Source of the DNA: a virus
Length of the DNA: 64,000 nucleotides
Virus record (IMG/VR): IMGVR_UViG_3300010370_000028
Location: 71,390-135,389 of that record
Strand: one strand, 5' to 3'
In this document: positions 47,986 through 56,038 of the stretch, piece after piece
Layout: each line of letters opens with the position of its first letter
How positions within the stretch are numbered: the stretch's first letter is position 1
The notes under the pieces: model-generated
Told to the model about the DNA's origin: nothing
Database searches by the model: none
What the model saw: the letters and a program-made list of their open reading frames with translations, nothing else
Position numbers and translations under genes: made by a program

Positions 47986-48375
47986 ATGAAGCTGTACATT
48001 GAAAAATGGGTGACTGAAACAATCTGGACTGGCAAACTTACCAGCATTGATACAGAACTTTTGAGAGAAAGATTCGATAATCTTAAAGAACTTTCTGACG
48101 AAGAGATTATTGAAGAATTGCAAAACAATGATTACCTATATGATCTAAATTATATTCTTGATGATGTCGATGCACTTCATGCCGAAAACTCAAGTGCAGA
48201 AAAATCTCTCGATTATCAAGTTGACATTCATACAAGTGATGATATAATGGATAAACTTGAGTGGAGAGCTTGGTATAGAGGATGTAGAGAATTTCCACGC
48301 TCAGATAAACTTGAGTATGAAAAAGAAAAATTTATTGAAATGATTCCAGAAATAAAAGGTTTTGATATGATTTAA
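47986..48375 (+). CDS. Acidic hypothetical protein
   Basis: ORF after TTGACT(47949)-16 nt-TATGCT. Confidence 0.65.
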   Translation: MKLYIEKWVTETIWTGKLTSIDTELLRERFDNLKELSDEEIIEELQNNDYLYDLNYILDDVDALHAENSSAEKSLDYQVDIHTSDDIMDKLEWRAWYRGCREFPRSDKLEYEKEKFIEMIPEIKGFDMI

Positions 48376-48387
48376 AAGATTTTAAAT

Positions 48388-48465
48388 GCGCGGGTAGTCC
48401 AACAGGTAGGAGACAAGTGACTTAAAATCACTACAGTATGGGTTCGAATCCCATTCCGCGTACCA
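48388..48465 (+). tRNA. tRNA-Leu(TAA), short variable arm
   Basis: AGTGA-CTTAAAA-TCACT, GGTTCGAATCC, CCA. Confidence 0.9.
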
Positions 48466-48478
48466 ATTATAAAATAAC

Positions 48479-48550
48479 ACACCTATAGCTCAATGGCAGA
48501 GCATGGTTCTCATAAAACTGGGGTTATTGGTTCGAGTCCAATTGGGTGTA
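48479..48550 (+). tRNA. tRNA-CAT (Met or Ile2)
   Basis: ACACCTA/TGGGTGT acceptor, CT-CAT-AA loop, no CCA. Confidence 0.88.
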
Positions 48551-48553
48551 TTC

Positions 48554-48910
48554 TTATTGTGAGCCATGATGCACTTCCATATGGCAATTACAACAAAGCA
48601 ATTGACATTTTGAAGCTTCATCTAAAATATAATCTATTCTTCTATTTGATAAACTTCTTATATCTAATTGAAAAGACTTAGTTGATGGATCTAAATGATG
48701 AAACGATAAAGCGGCTAGAGATTTATTATAACCACAAATTTCACAACAACCACCTTTCATTTTAATTAATTCTAATTTACGATCTTTCCCTCTTTTTTGT
48801 TGAGCTTGATAATTTTGATGTTTATGATTAGCAGTAGATTGTTTGCATTTAATAGAACACCATTTAGTTTGATTTCCCGATAAATTTGATTGACAATTTT
48901 GACATTTCAT
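48554..48910 (-). CDS. HNH homing endonuclease with N-terminal Zn finger
   Basis: CQNC...WCSIKC; GGCCEICGY, LSFHHLDP, CQLLCCNCHMEVH. Confidence 0.88.
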   Translation of the reverse strand: MKCQNCQSNLSGNQTKWCSIKCKQSTANHKHQNYQAQQKRGKDRKLELIKMKGGCCEICGYNKSLAALSFHHLDPSTKSFQLDIRSLSNRRIDYILDEASKCQLLCCNCHMEVHHGSQ

Positions 48911-48955
48911 ATAATATTATACACCAATTATGAAATAATTCATAATCTTTTTAAA

Positions 48956-49028
48956 CCTCCGTTAACTCAATCGGCAGAGTACTCTCTTTATAAGGGAGAA
49001 GTTACTGGTTCAAGCCCAGTACGGAGAA
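48956..49028 (+). tRNA. tRNA-Ile(TAT)
   Basis: CTCTC-TTTATAA-GGGAG anticodon arm, ACTGG-TTCAAGC-CCAGT T-arm, C1xA72 mismatch, no CCA. Confidence 0.8.
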
Positions 49029-49044
49029 TTCTTTTCCCAATAAC

Positions 49045-49209
49045 ATGAAAGTAACAATCGAAATCAACGGTGAAAAATTTGAAGCAGAAGGTAATTATAT
49101 TCCTACTGTTTTAGATGAGGTTTTGCATGAGGCGGGAATTCTAGAAGAAGAAGAGAATGTTTTCTTTTTAGATAAAGGTCAGCAAAAGAATTATTATAGG
49201 TATTGTTAA
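49045..49209 (+). CDS. Small hypothetical protein (54 aa)
   Basis: MKVTIEINGEKFEAEG...RYC fills the gap between two tRNAs; below ORF-track cutoff. Confidence 0.5.
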   Translation: MKVTIEINGEKFEAEGNYIPTVLDEVLHEAGILEEEENVFFLDKGQQKNYYRYC

Positions 49210-49212
49210 ATG

Positions 49213-49303
49213 GGGTAGATGGCTGAGTTGGTCTAAGGCGCTCGACTTGAAATCGAGAGAGGTTTAATCGCCTCCGTGGGTTCGAATCCTACTCTACCCG
49301 CCA
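49213..49303 (+). tRNA. tRNA-Ser(TGA)
   Basis: Long variable arm, G73, CCA. Confidence 0.95.
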
Positions 49304-49350
49304 TTTTTATATTTTAAAAATGTGTATATACACATATAATATAAAAGACA

Positions 49351-50217
49351 ATGGCGCAAAGAAAAATCTCTTTAAGACCCTATAAAGGTGCTGGATCAGT
49401 TACAAATATTACCTGCGGTGTTAGTAACCCAAAGGTTGGTGGATCTATAGATCTTTCTCCATTTGTAAATTTAGTTACTTTTGTTTGTGATTCAAATGAT
49501 ATCACTTCTCTTACTGGTTATGAAGATAAAGAAAAATTAGAAACTTTATCATTTTTTAGTAATAAAATTGTTGGCCCTCTTCCAAATATTAGTCAACTCA
49601 AAAAATTAAGACTTTTTAACTGTTATCGTAATTTACTTGTTGGTAATTTTCCAAGTGTTGGTGGATTAGTTAATTTAGAAACAATTAACTTTTATGAAAA
49701 CTATACTCTTTCTGGACCAATACCCGATTTAACTGGTTTAACTAAATTAAAAGTTTTAAGTTGTTATAGAAATTCTCTTACTGGATCTATTCCAGCAAGT
49801 ATAAATGCATCATCTGGTTTAGAAACTTTCAACTGTTACGAAAATCAACTAACTGGACAAATTCCAAATGTTAGTAATTTAAGTAATTTGAAATTTTTTA
49901 GGTGCTATTCAAATCAGTTAAGTGGATCTATCCCAGACCTTAGCAATTTAACTAGTTTACAAATTTTTAACTGTGCTGGTAATCAATTAACAGATTATGT
50001 TGGAGGTACAATTTCAAATACTATACAAATAGTTCAAATACAAAATAATTCTTTAAATTCTTCGGCTGTAGATAGATTCTTGGGGGCTTTAGTAGCTACT
50101 AATACAACAGGTAGAACTTTATATATGGGTGGAACAAATTCACCACCAACTTCTGTAGGAAATGGATATTTATTAGATCTTGCAGGTAGGGGTTGGACTA
50201 TAATAATAGTCAGTTAA
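49351..50217 (+). CDS. Leucine-rich repeat protein
   Basis: Tandem 23-24 aa LxxLxxFxCxxNxLxGxIP repeats. Confidence 0.88.
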   Translation: MAQRKISLRPYKGAGSVTNITCGVSNPKVGGSIDLSPFVNLVTFVCDSNDITSLTGYEDKEKLETLSFFSNKIVGPLPNISQLKKLRLFNCYRNLLVGNFPSVGGLVNLETINFYENYTLSGPIPDLTGLTKLKVLSCYRNSLTGSIPASINASSGLETFNCYENQLTGQIPNVSNLSNLKFFRCYSNQLSGSIPDLSNLTSLQIFNCAGNQLTDYVGGTISNTIQIVQIQNNSLNSSAVDRFLGALVATNTTGRTLYMGGTNSPPTSVGNGYLLDLAGRGWTIIIVS

Positions 50218-50221
50218 TTTT

Positions 50222-50470
50222 ATGAAAGCGTACTCAAATCAAATAGTCTCAGAAAATTTTGAACCATTTCCAAGTGGACTTCAAACCACAAGTGACGAAT
50301 GGTGGTTTATTTATAATTTAGAAAATAAAGAAGTTGTTTCAAAACCTATGCAATGTTCTGCACTCGCTTATAGTCCATTTACAATAGTAGTTGCGGATAG
50401 TTTAGAAGAGTGCGAACAATACATATCTACTAACGGACTTTCATCTCCAGAATATTTAGAAGAAAATTAG
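50222..50470 (+). CDS. Hypothetical protein
   Basis: ORF following the LRR gene. Confidence 0.55.
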   Translation: MKAYSNQIVSENFEPFPSGLQTTSDEWWFIYNLENKEVVSKPMQCSALAYSPFTIVVADSLEECEQYISTNGLSSPEYLEEN

Positions 50471-50496
50471 TGTAATAATATAAAAGAAATAATAAT

Positions 50497-50964
50497 ATGC
50501 CTCTTCCAAAACCAAAAAATAAGGAAAAAAGGAGCGACTTTATTGGTCGTTGTGTATCTGAAGTAGCAAAAGATCCAAAGTTTAAAGATAACAAACAAAG
50601 AGTTGCTATTTGCTATACCCAATTCAAAGAAGCAAAAGCCTCTGCAGATGGTGTAGTTGCTCTTGCTAATGATGATGAAATGCTTTTATTTTCAAAATCA
50701 GCTCAAGAAGTAGGTTTAAATGCGCCAGAGATGGAAGATGAAACTCCAGAAGAGGAACTTTTAGAAACAAATAAAGATCTTTATGGAATGGCAGTTGGTT
50801 CAATCACTTCAATTAAAGCTCATGCAGATAACATTTTAAATGCTTTAAATGATCCAAAGGTTCAAGAAAACCTTACAGAAACATGGATGCAGGGAAAACT
50901 TGCCATTGCTGAGGATTATTTGGTTACTGTTCATAACTATGTTATGTTCAATAAAGAAGACTAA
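50497..50964 (+). CDS. Conserved hypothetical phage protein
   Basis: MPLPKP...FIGRC...QRVAICY N-terminal motif. Confidence 0.7.
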   Translation: MPLPKPKNKEKRSDFIGRCVSEVAKDPKFKDNKQRVAICYTQFKEAKASADGVVALANDDEMLLFSKSAQEVGLNAPEMEDETPEEELLETNKDLYGMAVGSITSIKAHADNILNALNDPKVQENLTETWMQGKLAIAEDYLVTVHNYVMFNKED

Positions 50965-51026
50965 GGGTGCGTTATTGGTTTCGACATGACATTGGTCGTG
51001 GACGGGGTTCGAATCCCCAGCATCCA
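50965..51026 (+). ncRNA. Minimal tmRNA-like RNA (tRNA-like domain only)
   Basis: 5' GGGTGCGTTATTGGTTTCGAC and 3' GGACGGGGTTCGAATCCCCAGCATCCA match tmRNA termini; G3-U70, A73; joined by a 6-bp hairpin. Confidence 0.75.
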
Positions 51027-51067
51027 CTTTTTTATTTCTTAAATGCTTTTTTCGTGTAAAAAGATAC

Positions 51068-52732
51068 ATGGGACCAAGATATCTCCAAGCACAAATACAC
51101 GCCGATTATTCTACAGGATCAAGTGCTTGGTCTGACTATAGAAGTCAAATTAAATCAATGTATGATTTATCTAACTCAAAAGAAGATTTTAATGATCATT
51201 TGATCCGTGAATATAATAGAAAAATTGATAGATTAAATAAAAAACAGATATTATATATTTCACCATTTGATGCGGGTTATAGATTTATTGGTGATACTAT
51301 AAATGAACCATATATATTTGATGGTCTTATTGCTTATTGGAAACTAGATGAAACCAGTGGAACTCGTTATGATTCATACGGGGATTATCATCTTAGTAGT
51401 TATAGAATTGATAGTGACACTGGAGTAGTTGGTAATAGTGCAGTTTCAAATTCTGATGGATCATTTCCCGCTCCAAATTTACAAATTAAACCATCTCCAT
51501 ATGACTCAGTTGGGGCAAGTTGGAGTTTATCTTTTTGGATGTCAACAAATGACGATGTGAGTGCGGAAACTAATCAAATGTTTCCAAATGCTTGGGCTAA
51601 TTGTTGTTTATTTAGAATTCGTACAATCAGCGGAGTTCCAACTGTTGAAGGTTCAGTTTGGCACGATCCTATAGGTATGAATCAGCCTACATTAACTGAT
51701 GTGAGCAAATCTGGGGTTTATGGCGGTGGATTTGTTCATGTCGCTATAACCCATGATTTACCAATAAAAACAATACGTGTATATTATGATGGTGTTGAAG
51801 AACATATGTTTGTTTATAATACTACTCTTTGTGGTGTAAGTCCTCTAAATGGATTTGAAAACGATATTCTTTCCATGTTTGCTGGAGATTATTATGGTAG
51901 TAACTATGGTGGTGCTGGTAAATTAGATGAAGTTGGAATTTGGGGACGCGCTCTTGAAGCGAGCGAAGTTTCTACACTTTATAACAATGGTAATTATAAT
52001 TATCCTAATAATCCATTTAATTTATTAGATAATCTTATTGCTTATTGGAAATTAAATGAAACAAGTGGGACTCGCTATGATTCACATGGAAGTTATGATC
52101 TTATTGAGTATGGTAGTGGAGAAATTGAAAGTGGTGGAGGAGTAATAGGCAATAGCGCAATTCAAAATAATCTTGGTGAAGGAGTAAGCTTATACATAGC
52201 GCCATCTCCATATGATTCCGTTAATTCTAGTTGGAGTTTTTCTTTTTGGATGTCTACCAATGATAATGGCGATGATACAAATCAAGTATTTCCAAATGCT
52301 TGGACTAATTGCTGTTTATTTCGCATTAGAACTCTTGATGGTGACGCATATCAAACAGTTGAAGGTTCGTTCTGGCATGATCCTATAGATGTAAATGAGC
52401 CTACATTCACTGATGTAAGCAAATCTGGGGTTTATGGTGGTGGATTTGTTCACGTTGCTGTAACACACGATCTTGCAACAAAAACGGTACGTGTATATTA
52501 CAATGGTGTTGAAGAGCATGTTCTTGTTTATAACACTACTCTTTGTGGTGTAAGTCCTCTATATGAACTTGAAAATACAATTCTTTCAATGTTTGCTGGA
52601 GATATTAATGGTACTGGTTATCCTGGGCCTGGTAAATTAGATGAAATTGGTATTTGGGAGCGTGTACTTCAACCCGTTGAGATTTTGGCACTTTATAATA
52701 ATGGTGATGGAATTACTTACGAAGATTTTTAA
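51068..52732 (+). CDS. Virion protein with two LamG/concanavalin-like domains
   Basis: Two copies of LIAYWKL.ETSGTRYD...SFWM...HVA.T...LDE.GIW.R.L...E...LYN. Confidence 0.85.
   Translation: MGPRYLQAQIHADYSTGSSAWSDYRSQIKSMYDLSNSKEDFNDHLIREYNRKIDRLNKKQILYISPFDAGYRFIGDTINEPYIFDGLIAYWKLDETSGTRYDSYGDYHLSSYRIDSDTGVVGNSAVSNSDGSFPAPNLQIKPSPYDSVGASWSLSFWMSTNDDVSAETNQMFPNAWANCCLFRIRTISGVPTVEGSVWHDPIGMNQPTLTDVSKSGVYGGGFVHVAITHDLPIKTIRVYYDGVEEHMFVYNTTLCGVSPLNGFENDILSMFAGDYYGSNYGGAGKLDEVGIWGRALEASEVSTLYNNGNYNYPNNPFNLLDNLIAYWKLNETSGTRYDSHGSYDLIEYGSGEIESGGGVIGNSAIQNNLGEGVSLYIAPSPYDSVNSSWSFSFWMSTNDNGDDTNQVFPNAWTNCCLFRIRTLDGDAYQTVEGSFWHDPIDVNEPTFTDVSKSGVYGGGFVHVAVTHDLATKTVRVYYNGVEEHVLVYNTTLCGVSPLYELENTILSMFAGDINGTGYPGPGKLDEIGIWERVLQPVEILALYNNGDGITYEDF
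51320..52705. repeat. Intragenic tandem duplication (~708 bp unit)
   Basis: Near-identical DNA blocks starting ~51320 and ~52028. Confidence 0.85.
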
Positions 52733-52767
52733 AATAGCATTTTTTAAAAAATAATTTATAATATAAT

Positions 52768-53397
52768 ATGGAATTCAAAGGCAAATCAGATCTAGTAAAA
52801 AAAGTACAAAAATCTTTGGGTTTAAAAGTAGATGGAGAGGATGGTCCTATGACATGGAATGCAATATTAAATAAATTAGGTGTTGTTTCACAAAGTGAAA
52901 CTGAAACAAAAAAAGGAACACTCGCCGAAAAACTTGTAGCACTAGCTAAAAAAGAAGTTGGTGTTGAAGAAATTAATGGTACAAATTGTGGACCAAGAGT
53001 AAATGAATACAAATCAGCAACTTGGTTAGACTCAACAAAATCGTGGCCTTGGTGTGCAGCTTTTATTTGTTGGTTATTTAGAGAAGCAATGAAAGATAGC
53101 AAGTATACTTTCAAAAGACCACAGACTGCTGGTGCTTATGATTTTGAAAACTGGTGCAGAGAACAAGATAATAGTGTTCTTTTAAAGAAACCTCATGGCG
53201 GCGATATTAAAGCGGGTGATATAGTTATCTTTACCTTCTCACATATTGGTTTGGCAATTAGTGAACCAGATGAGTCTGGCTATGTTACAACCATCGAAGG
53301 AAATACAGATGGTGTTGGATCTCGTGAAGGTGGTGCAGTTTTAATTAAAAAACGTAAACTTTCTTCAATTAGAAGTAGAATTCGTGTTTCAGTTTAG
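52768..53397 (+). CDS. Endolysin: peptidoglycan-binding + CHAP amidase
   Basis: VQKSLGLKVDG.DGPMT; PWCAAFI, AGDIVIF..SHIG, TIEGNT. Confidence 0.88.
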   Translation: MEFKGKSDLVKKVQKSLGLKVDGEDGPMTWNAILNKLGVVSQSETETKKGTLAEKLVALAKKEVGVEEINGTNCGPRVNEYKSATWLDSTKSWPWCAAFICWLFREAMKDSKYTFKRPQTAGAYDFENWCREQDNSVLLKKPHGGDIKAGDIVIFTFSHIGLAISEPDESGYVTTIEGNTDGVGSREGGAVLIKKRKLSSIRSRIRVSV

Positions 53398-53411
53398 TGT
53401 AAACTGAATTT

Positions 53412-53564
53412 ATGACCGAATTAATTCTAGCACTAATAATGGGGTATTTTATTGGTTTTTTTCACCGCAAAGGTATTGAAGCAAGAAGGCGAGAAAAGCT
53501 AAAAGATCTTTTAAATGAATTAAAAGCTAAAGCTAGAAAAAATAGATCAGAAAAAAATATTTGA
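53412..53564 (+). CDS. Small membrane protein (50 aa), possible lysis accessory
   Basis: MTELILALIMGYFIGFFHRK N-terminal TM followed by basic tail; GTGTAA 9 nt upstream. Confidence 0.55.
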   Translation: MTELILALIMGYFIGFFHRKGIEARRREKLKDLLNELKAKARKNRSEKNI

Positions 53565-53595
53565 CATTTATTTCTATTTGGTTTATTCTAATTGA

Positions 53596-53964
53596 ATGAA
53601 TGCAAAAACCTTAATCTTGGCATTTTTATTTCTTACAAATAATTTATTTGCAAATAATTATGTCGCACGAGTTACTTACTATTGGGGGTGTACAAATACA
53701 TCAACTGGAAATAAACCTATTTCTGGAAAAACAATTGCAGTAGACCCAAAAGTCATTCCTTACGGATCAAAAATTTTCATTCCACAAATGGGTAAAACTT
53801 TTTTAGCTCATGATACTGGCGGCGCTGTTAAATCTCGTTTAGCTTCAAGAAAATTAGGTAGAAATAATATTGTTGTTGATATTTTTTGTTCATCAAAAGC
53901 ACAAGCTCAACAATACATTAAAAAGTATCCAATGTTCATGCCAATTAAAATTATTAAAAAATGA
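53596..53964 (+). CDS. 3D-domain (MltA-like) cell-wall protein with signal peptide
   Basis: TIAVDPKVIPYGS, AHDTGGA, VVDIF. Confidence 0.85.
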   Translation: MNAKTLILAFLFLTNNLFANNYVARVTYYWGCTNTSTGNKPISGKTIAVDPKVIPYGSKIFIPQMGKTFLAHDTGGAVKSRLASRKLGRNNIVVDIFCSSKAQAQQYIKKYPMFMPIKIIKK

Positions 53965-54114
53965 ATTTTGAAGATATTGTAGTTTTTTTAGCTTTTGTTC
54001 TTTACTTAATCGTAGGGATAAGTTATCTTATTAAAGGTGAATATGCTTGGTCACTTGTGTGGATAAGTTATTCAGTAGCAAATTTGGGATTAATTTTAGC
54101 CGCAAATAAATAAA

Positions 54115-54834
54115 ATGGGAATGTTCGATTATATAACAGTAGAAACAACTCTTCCAGAGTTGCCAGAAGCAATCGTCGCATATTGGGGTGGCAAGGCGAG
54201 TGATGTCGTCTTTCAAACAAAAGATACTCCAAACCAAGCAATGTCATATTATAAAATTGATGATGCTGGATTGCTATGGGTCAAAAAGGTTGAAGGTCGC
54301 TGGGAAGGCGGCAAAGAGGTTGCAGACGATGCACCATTTAGCGAAAAGATGGCTTCATTTGGTCACTTTGTAGTTGAACACGAGTGGTGGGAAGAAACAA
54401 ACTTTACAGGAGCAATTAACTTTTATGAAGGTTATAATCATCCCGACTATCAATCTCCAGATTCTGATTATGATAGCGATGAGTGGAGAAAATTTGTATC
54501 GGGTTGGATAGAATATTGCGCATTATTTTCGGGTGGCATGATCGTTGAAGACGTTCAACTCACAAAGCATACTCCTCCTAAGAAATATTCTGATGAAGAA
54601 TACGCCGAAAAACAAAAAGAATGGGCGGCTGATCGAGCAAAGTGGGAAGCTTCTTTTAAAGAAAATCGTAAAAAATATCCTAGTGCCGAACAAAAACTTA
54701 TTGACAATATTGAAAGAGAGGCTAAACTTGCTACTGCAATTGTTGACGAACAAGACTTGTCAAATGCGCTTTCTAATATTAAAATTTTAATTAGAGAATA
54801 TAGAGAAAAACATGATAGATGGTATGAGCAATAA
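54115..54834 (+). CDS. Conserved hypothetical phage protein
   Basis: MGMFDYI...FQTKD...FTGAINFY...WIEY.A.F..G pattern. Confidence 0.7.
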   Translation: MGMFDYITVETTLPELPEAIVAYWGGKASDVVFQTKDTPNQAMSYYKIDDAGLLWVKKVEGRWEGGKEVADDAPFSEKMASFGHFVVEHEWWEETNFTGAINFYEGYNHPDYQSPDSDYDSDEWRKFVSGWIEYCALFSGGMIVEDVQLTKHTPPKKYSDEEYAEKQKEWAADRAKWEASFKENRKKYPSAEQKLIDNIEREAKLATAIVDEQDLSNALSNIKILIREYREKHDRWYEQ

Positions 54835-54929
54835 ATTGTATACATTTCGCGGCAAAATCTTTGAATGTAGTGAAAAAATCATTAGGCAACTAAATCTTGC
54901 CTTAGCATATAATCAATCAAAAGAACGTT

Positions 54930-55136
54930 ATGAAGAAGTTAAATCAGATACAACAACTAAAAGTAGAAGCTGCAAAGGAAGCGATAGTTAAGTTGCAGGA
55001 AGCTGAAGAAATTATTTACTCTAGTCTTGTTAATGAGATTGGTGAAGATAACGATTGGCTTTATGATTATGTTTTTAATTGTGCATCCGATGATGATTCT
55101 TATACTTTAAGAGTAAAAAATGAAATTTTTGAATAA
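54930..55136 (+). CDS. Hypothetical protein
   Basis: ORF track. Confidence 0.55.
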   Translation: MKKLNQIQQLKVEAAKEAIVKLQEAEEIIYSSLVNEIGEDNDWLYDYVFNCASDDDSYTLRVKNEIFE

Positions 55137-55139
55137 TTT

Positions 55140-55271
55140 ATGTTAAAAACAGGACAAAAAACAAACGAAAAAACTGGTAAAAAACGCAAGGGAATTCATG
55201 CTAAAACCAAGACTTCTCACCTAAAACAGTCTAAAAATTATAAAAAACCCTATCGTGGGCAAGGTAAATAG
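55140..55271 (+). CDS. Small basic peptide ending YRGQGK (43 aa)
   Basis: MLKTGQKTNEKTGKKRKGIHAKTKTSHLKQSKNYKKPYRGQGK. Confidence 0.65.
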   Translation: MLKTGQKTNEKTGKKRKGIHAKTKTSHLKQSKNYKKPYRGQGK

Positions 55272-55284
55272 TGTAATATAAGAT

Positions 55285-55491
55285 ATGAACTTTGAATTCA
55301 TAACACAATTAGTCATACCTGTATTACAAGCCAATCCTTACTTTGGTGTTTTTACAGCAGTTGTAGCTTTAGCTTCTGCGGTTGCCGCAGTTACTCCAAC
55401 CCCTAAAAAGGGAAGTGTTCTTAGCAAAGCTTATAAAGTCGTTGATCTCCTCGCTCTTAATATCGGTAAAGCAAAAGACAAAGGCGAATAA
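55285..55491 (+). CDS. Holin-like membrane protein
   Basis: TM helix, TPTP, LALNIGKAK motif; GTGTAA 8 nt upstream. Confidence 0.6.
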   Translation: MNFEFITQLVIPVLQANPYFGVFTAVVALASAVAAVTPTPKKGSVLSKAYKVVDLLALNIGKAKDKGE

Positions 55492-55539
55492 GTCTAAAAA
55501 AAACCTTGACTGCCAAAATTATTTGAATATAATGGAGGC

Positions 55540-55674
55540 ATGATGGAAGAAATCGATAGACTAGAAGGGGCATTTGACCGTTTGCAGGATCAATATGCCG
55601 CACTTAGGAAGGATGTTGAAAAAACAATCGCCACTCTTCAACAAATGATTGAGGAGGAGCAAGAAGAACAATAA
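55540..55674 (+). CDS. Small acidic coiled-coil protein (44 aa)
   Basis: TTGACT(55506)-16 nt-TATAAT upstream and a terminator downstream. Confidence 0.6.
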   Translation: MMEEIDRLEGAFDRLQDQYAALRKDVEKTIATLQQMIEEEQEEQ

Positions 55675-55678
55675 TAAT

Positions 55679-55709
55679 AAAACTGTACCCCGAAATGGGT
55701 ACAGTTTTT
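55679..55709 (+). terminator. Intrinsic terminator
   Basis: AAAACTGTACCC-CGAAAT-GGGTACAGTTTTT. Confidence 0.85.
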
Positions 55710-55722
55710 CTTTTTTAAAAAT

Positions 55723-55935
55723 ATGACAATGTATTATTTAAGAGAAGTAAATCCAAATCTTGGTAAAGAAATAACAATTGATTTTAATGAATCTATCGAT
55801 TCCATTAAGAAAAAATTTGACAAATATTCCACAGAGAATCCTCAGATTAAATATAAAATTCTTAAAAAAGAAGTGGTCACATCGACTATTTGCGAATCAG
55901 AGAATTCTGAGCAATTTTTATTCTCTTTTGTTTAA
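55723..55935 (+). CDS. Hypothetical protein
   Basis: ORF track. Confidence 0.5.
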   Translation: MTMYYLREVNPNLGKEITIDFNESIDSIKKKFDKYSTENPQIKYKILKKEVVTSTICESENSEQFLFSFV

Positions 55936-56038
55936 AATCCGCACGATATGTCAAGCAAGACTTGACCTATTACGAAAAATTCAAACAAGGTCAAAAAAAT
56001 CTTGACCCCAACCGTATTTGCTGTAAACTGATTTCACT

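Noticed and set aside
48493-48681. Plus-strand 62-aa ORF
   Set aside because: Overlaps tRNA-CAT and is antisense to the HNH gene
50965-51026. attP-type tmRNA fragment or ordinary tRNA
   Set aside because: Attachment sites duplicate only one end of tmRNA, whereas both ends are joined here; no integrase nearby; no D-stem or 7-nt anticodon loop
50845-51069. Minus-strand 74-aa ORF
   Set aside because: Antisense shadow of the tmRNA-like RNA and the upstream gene
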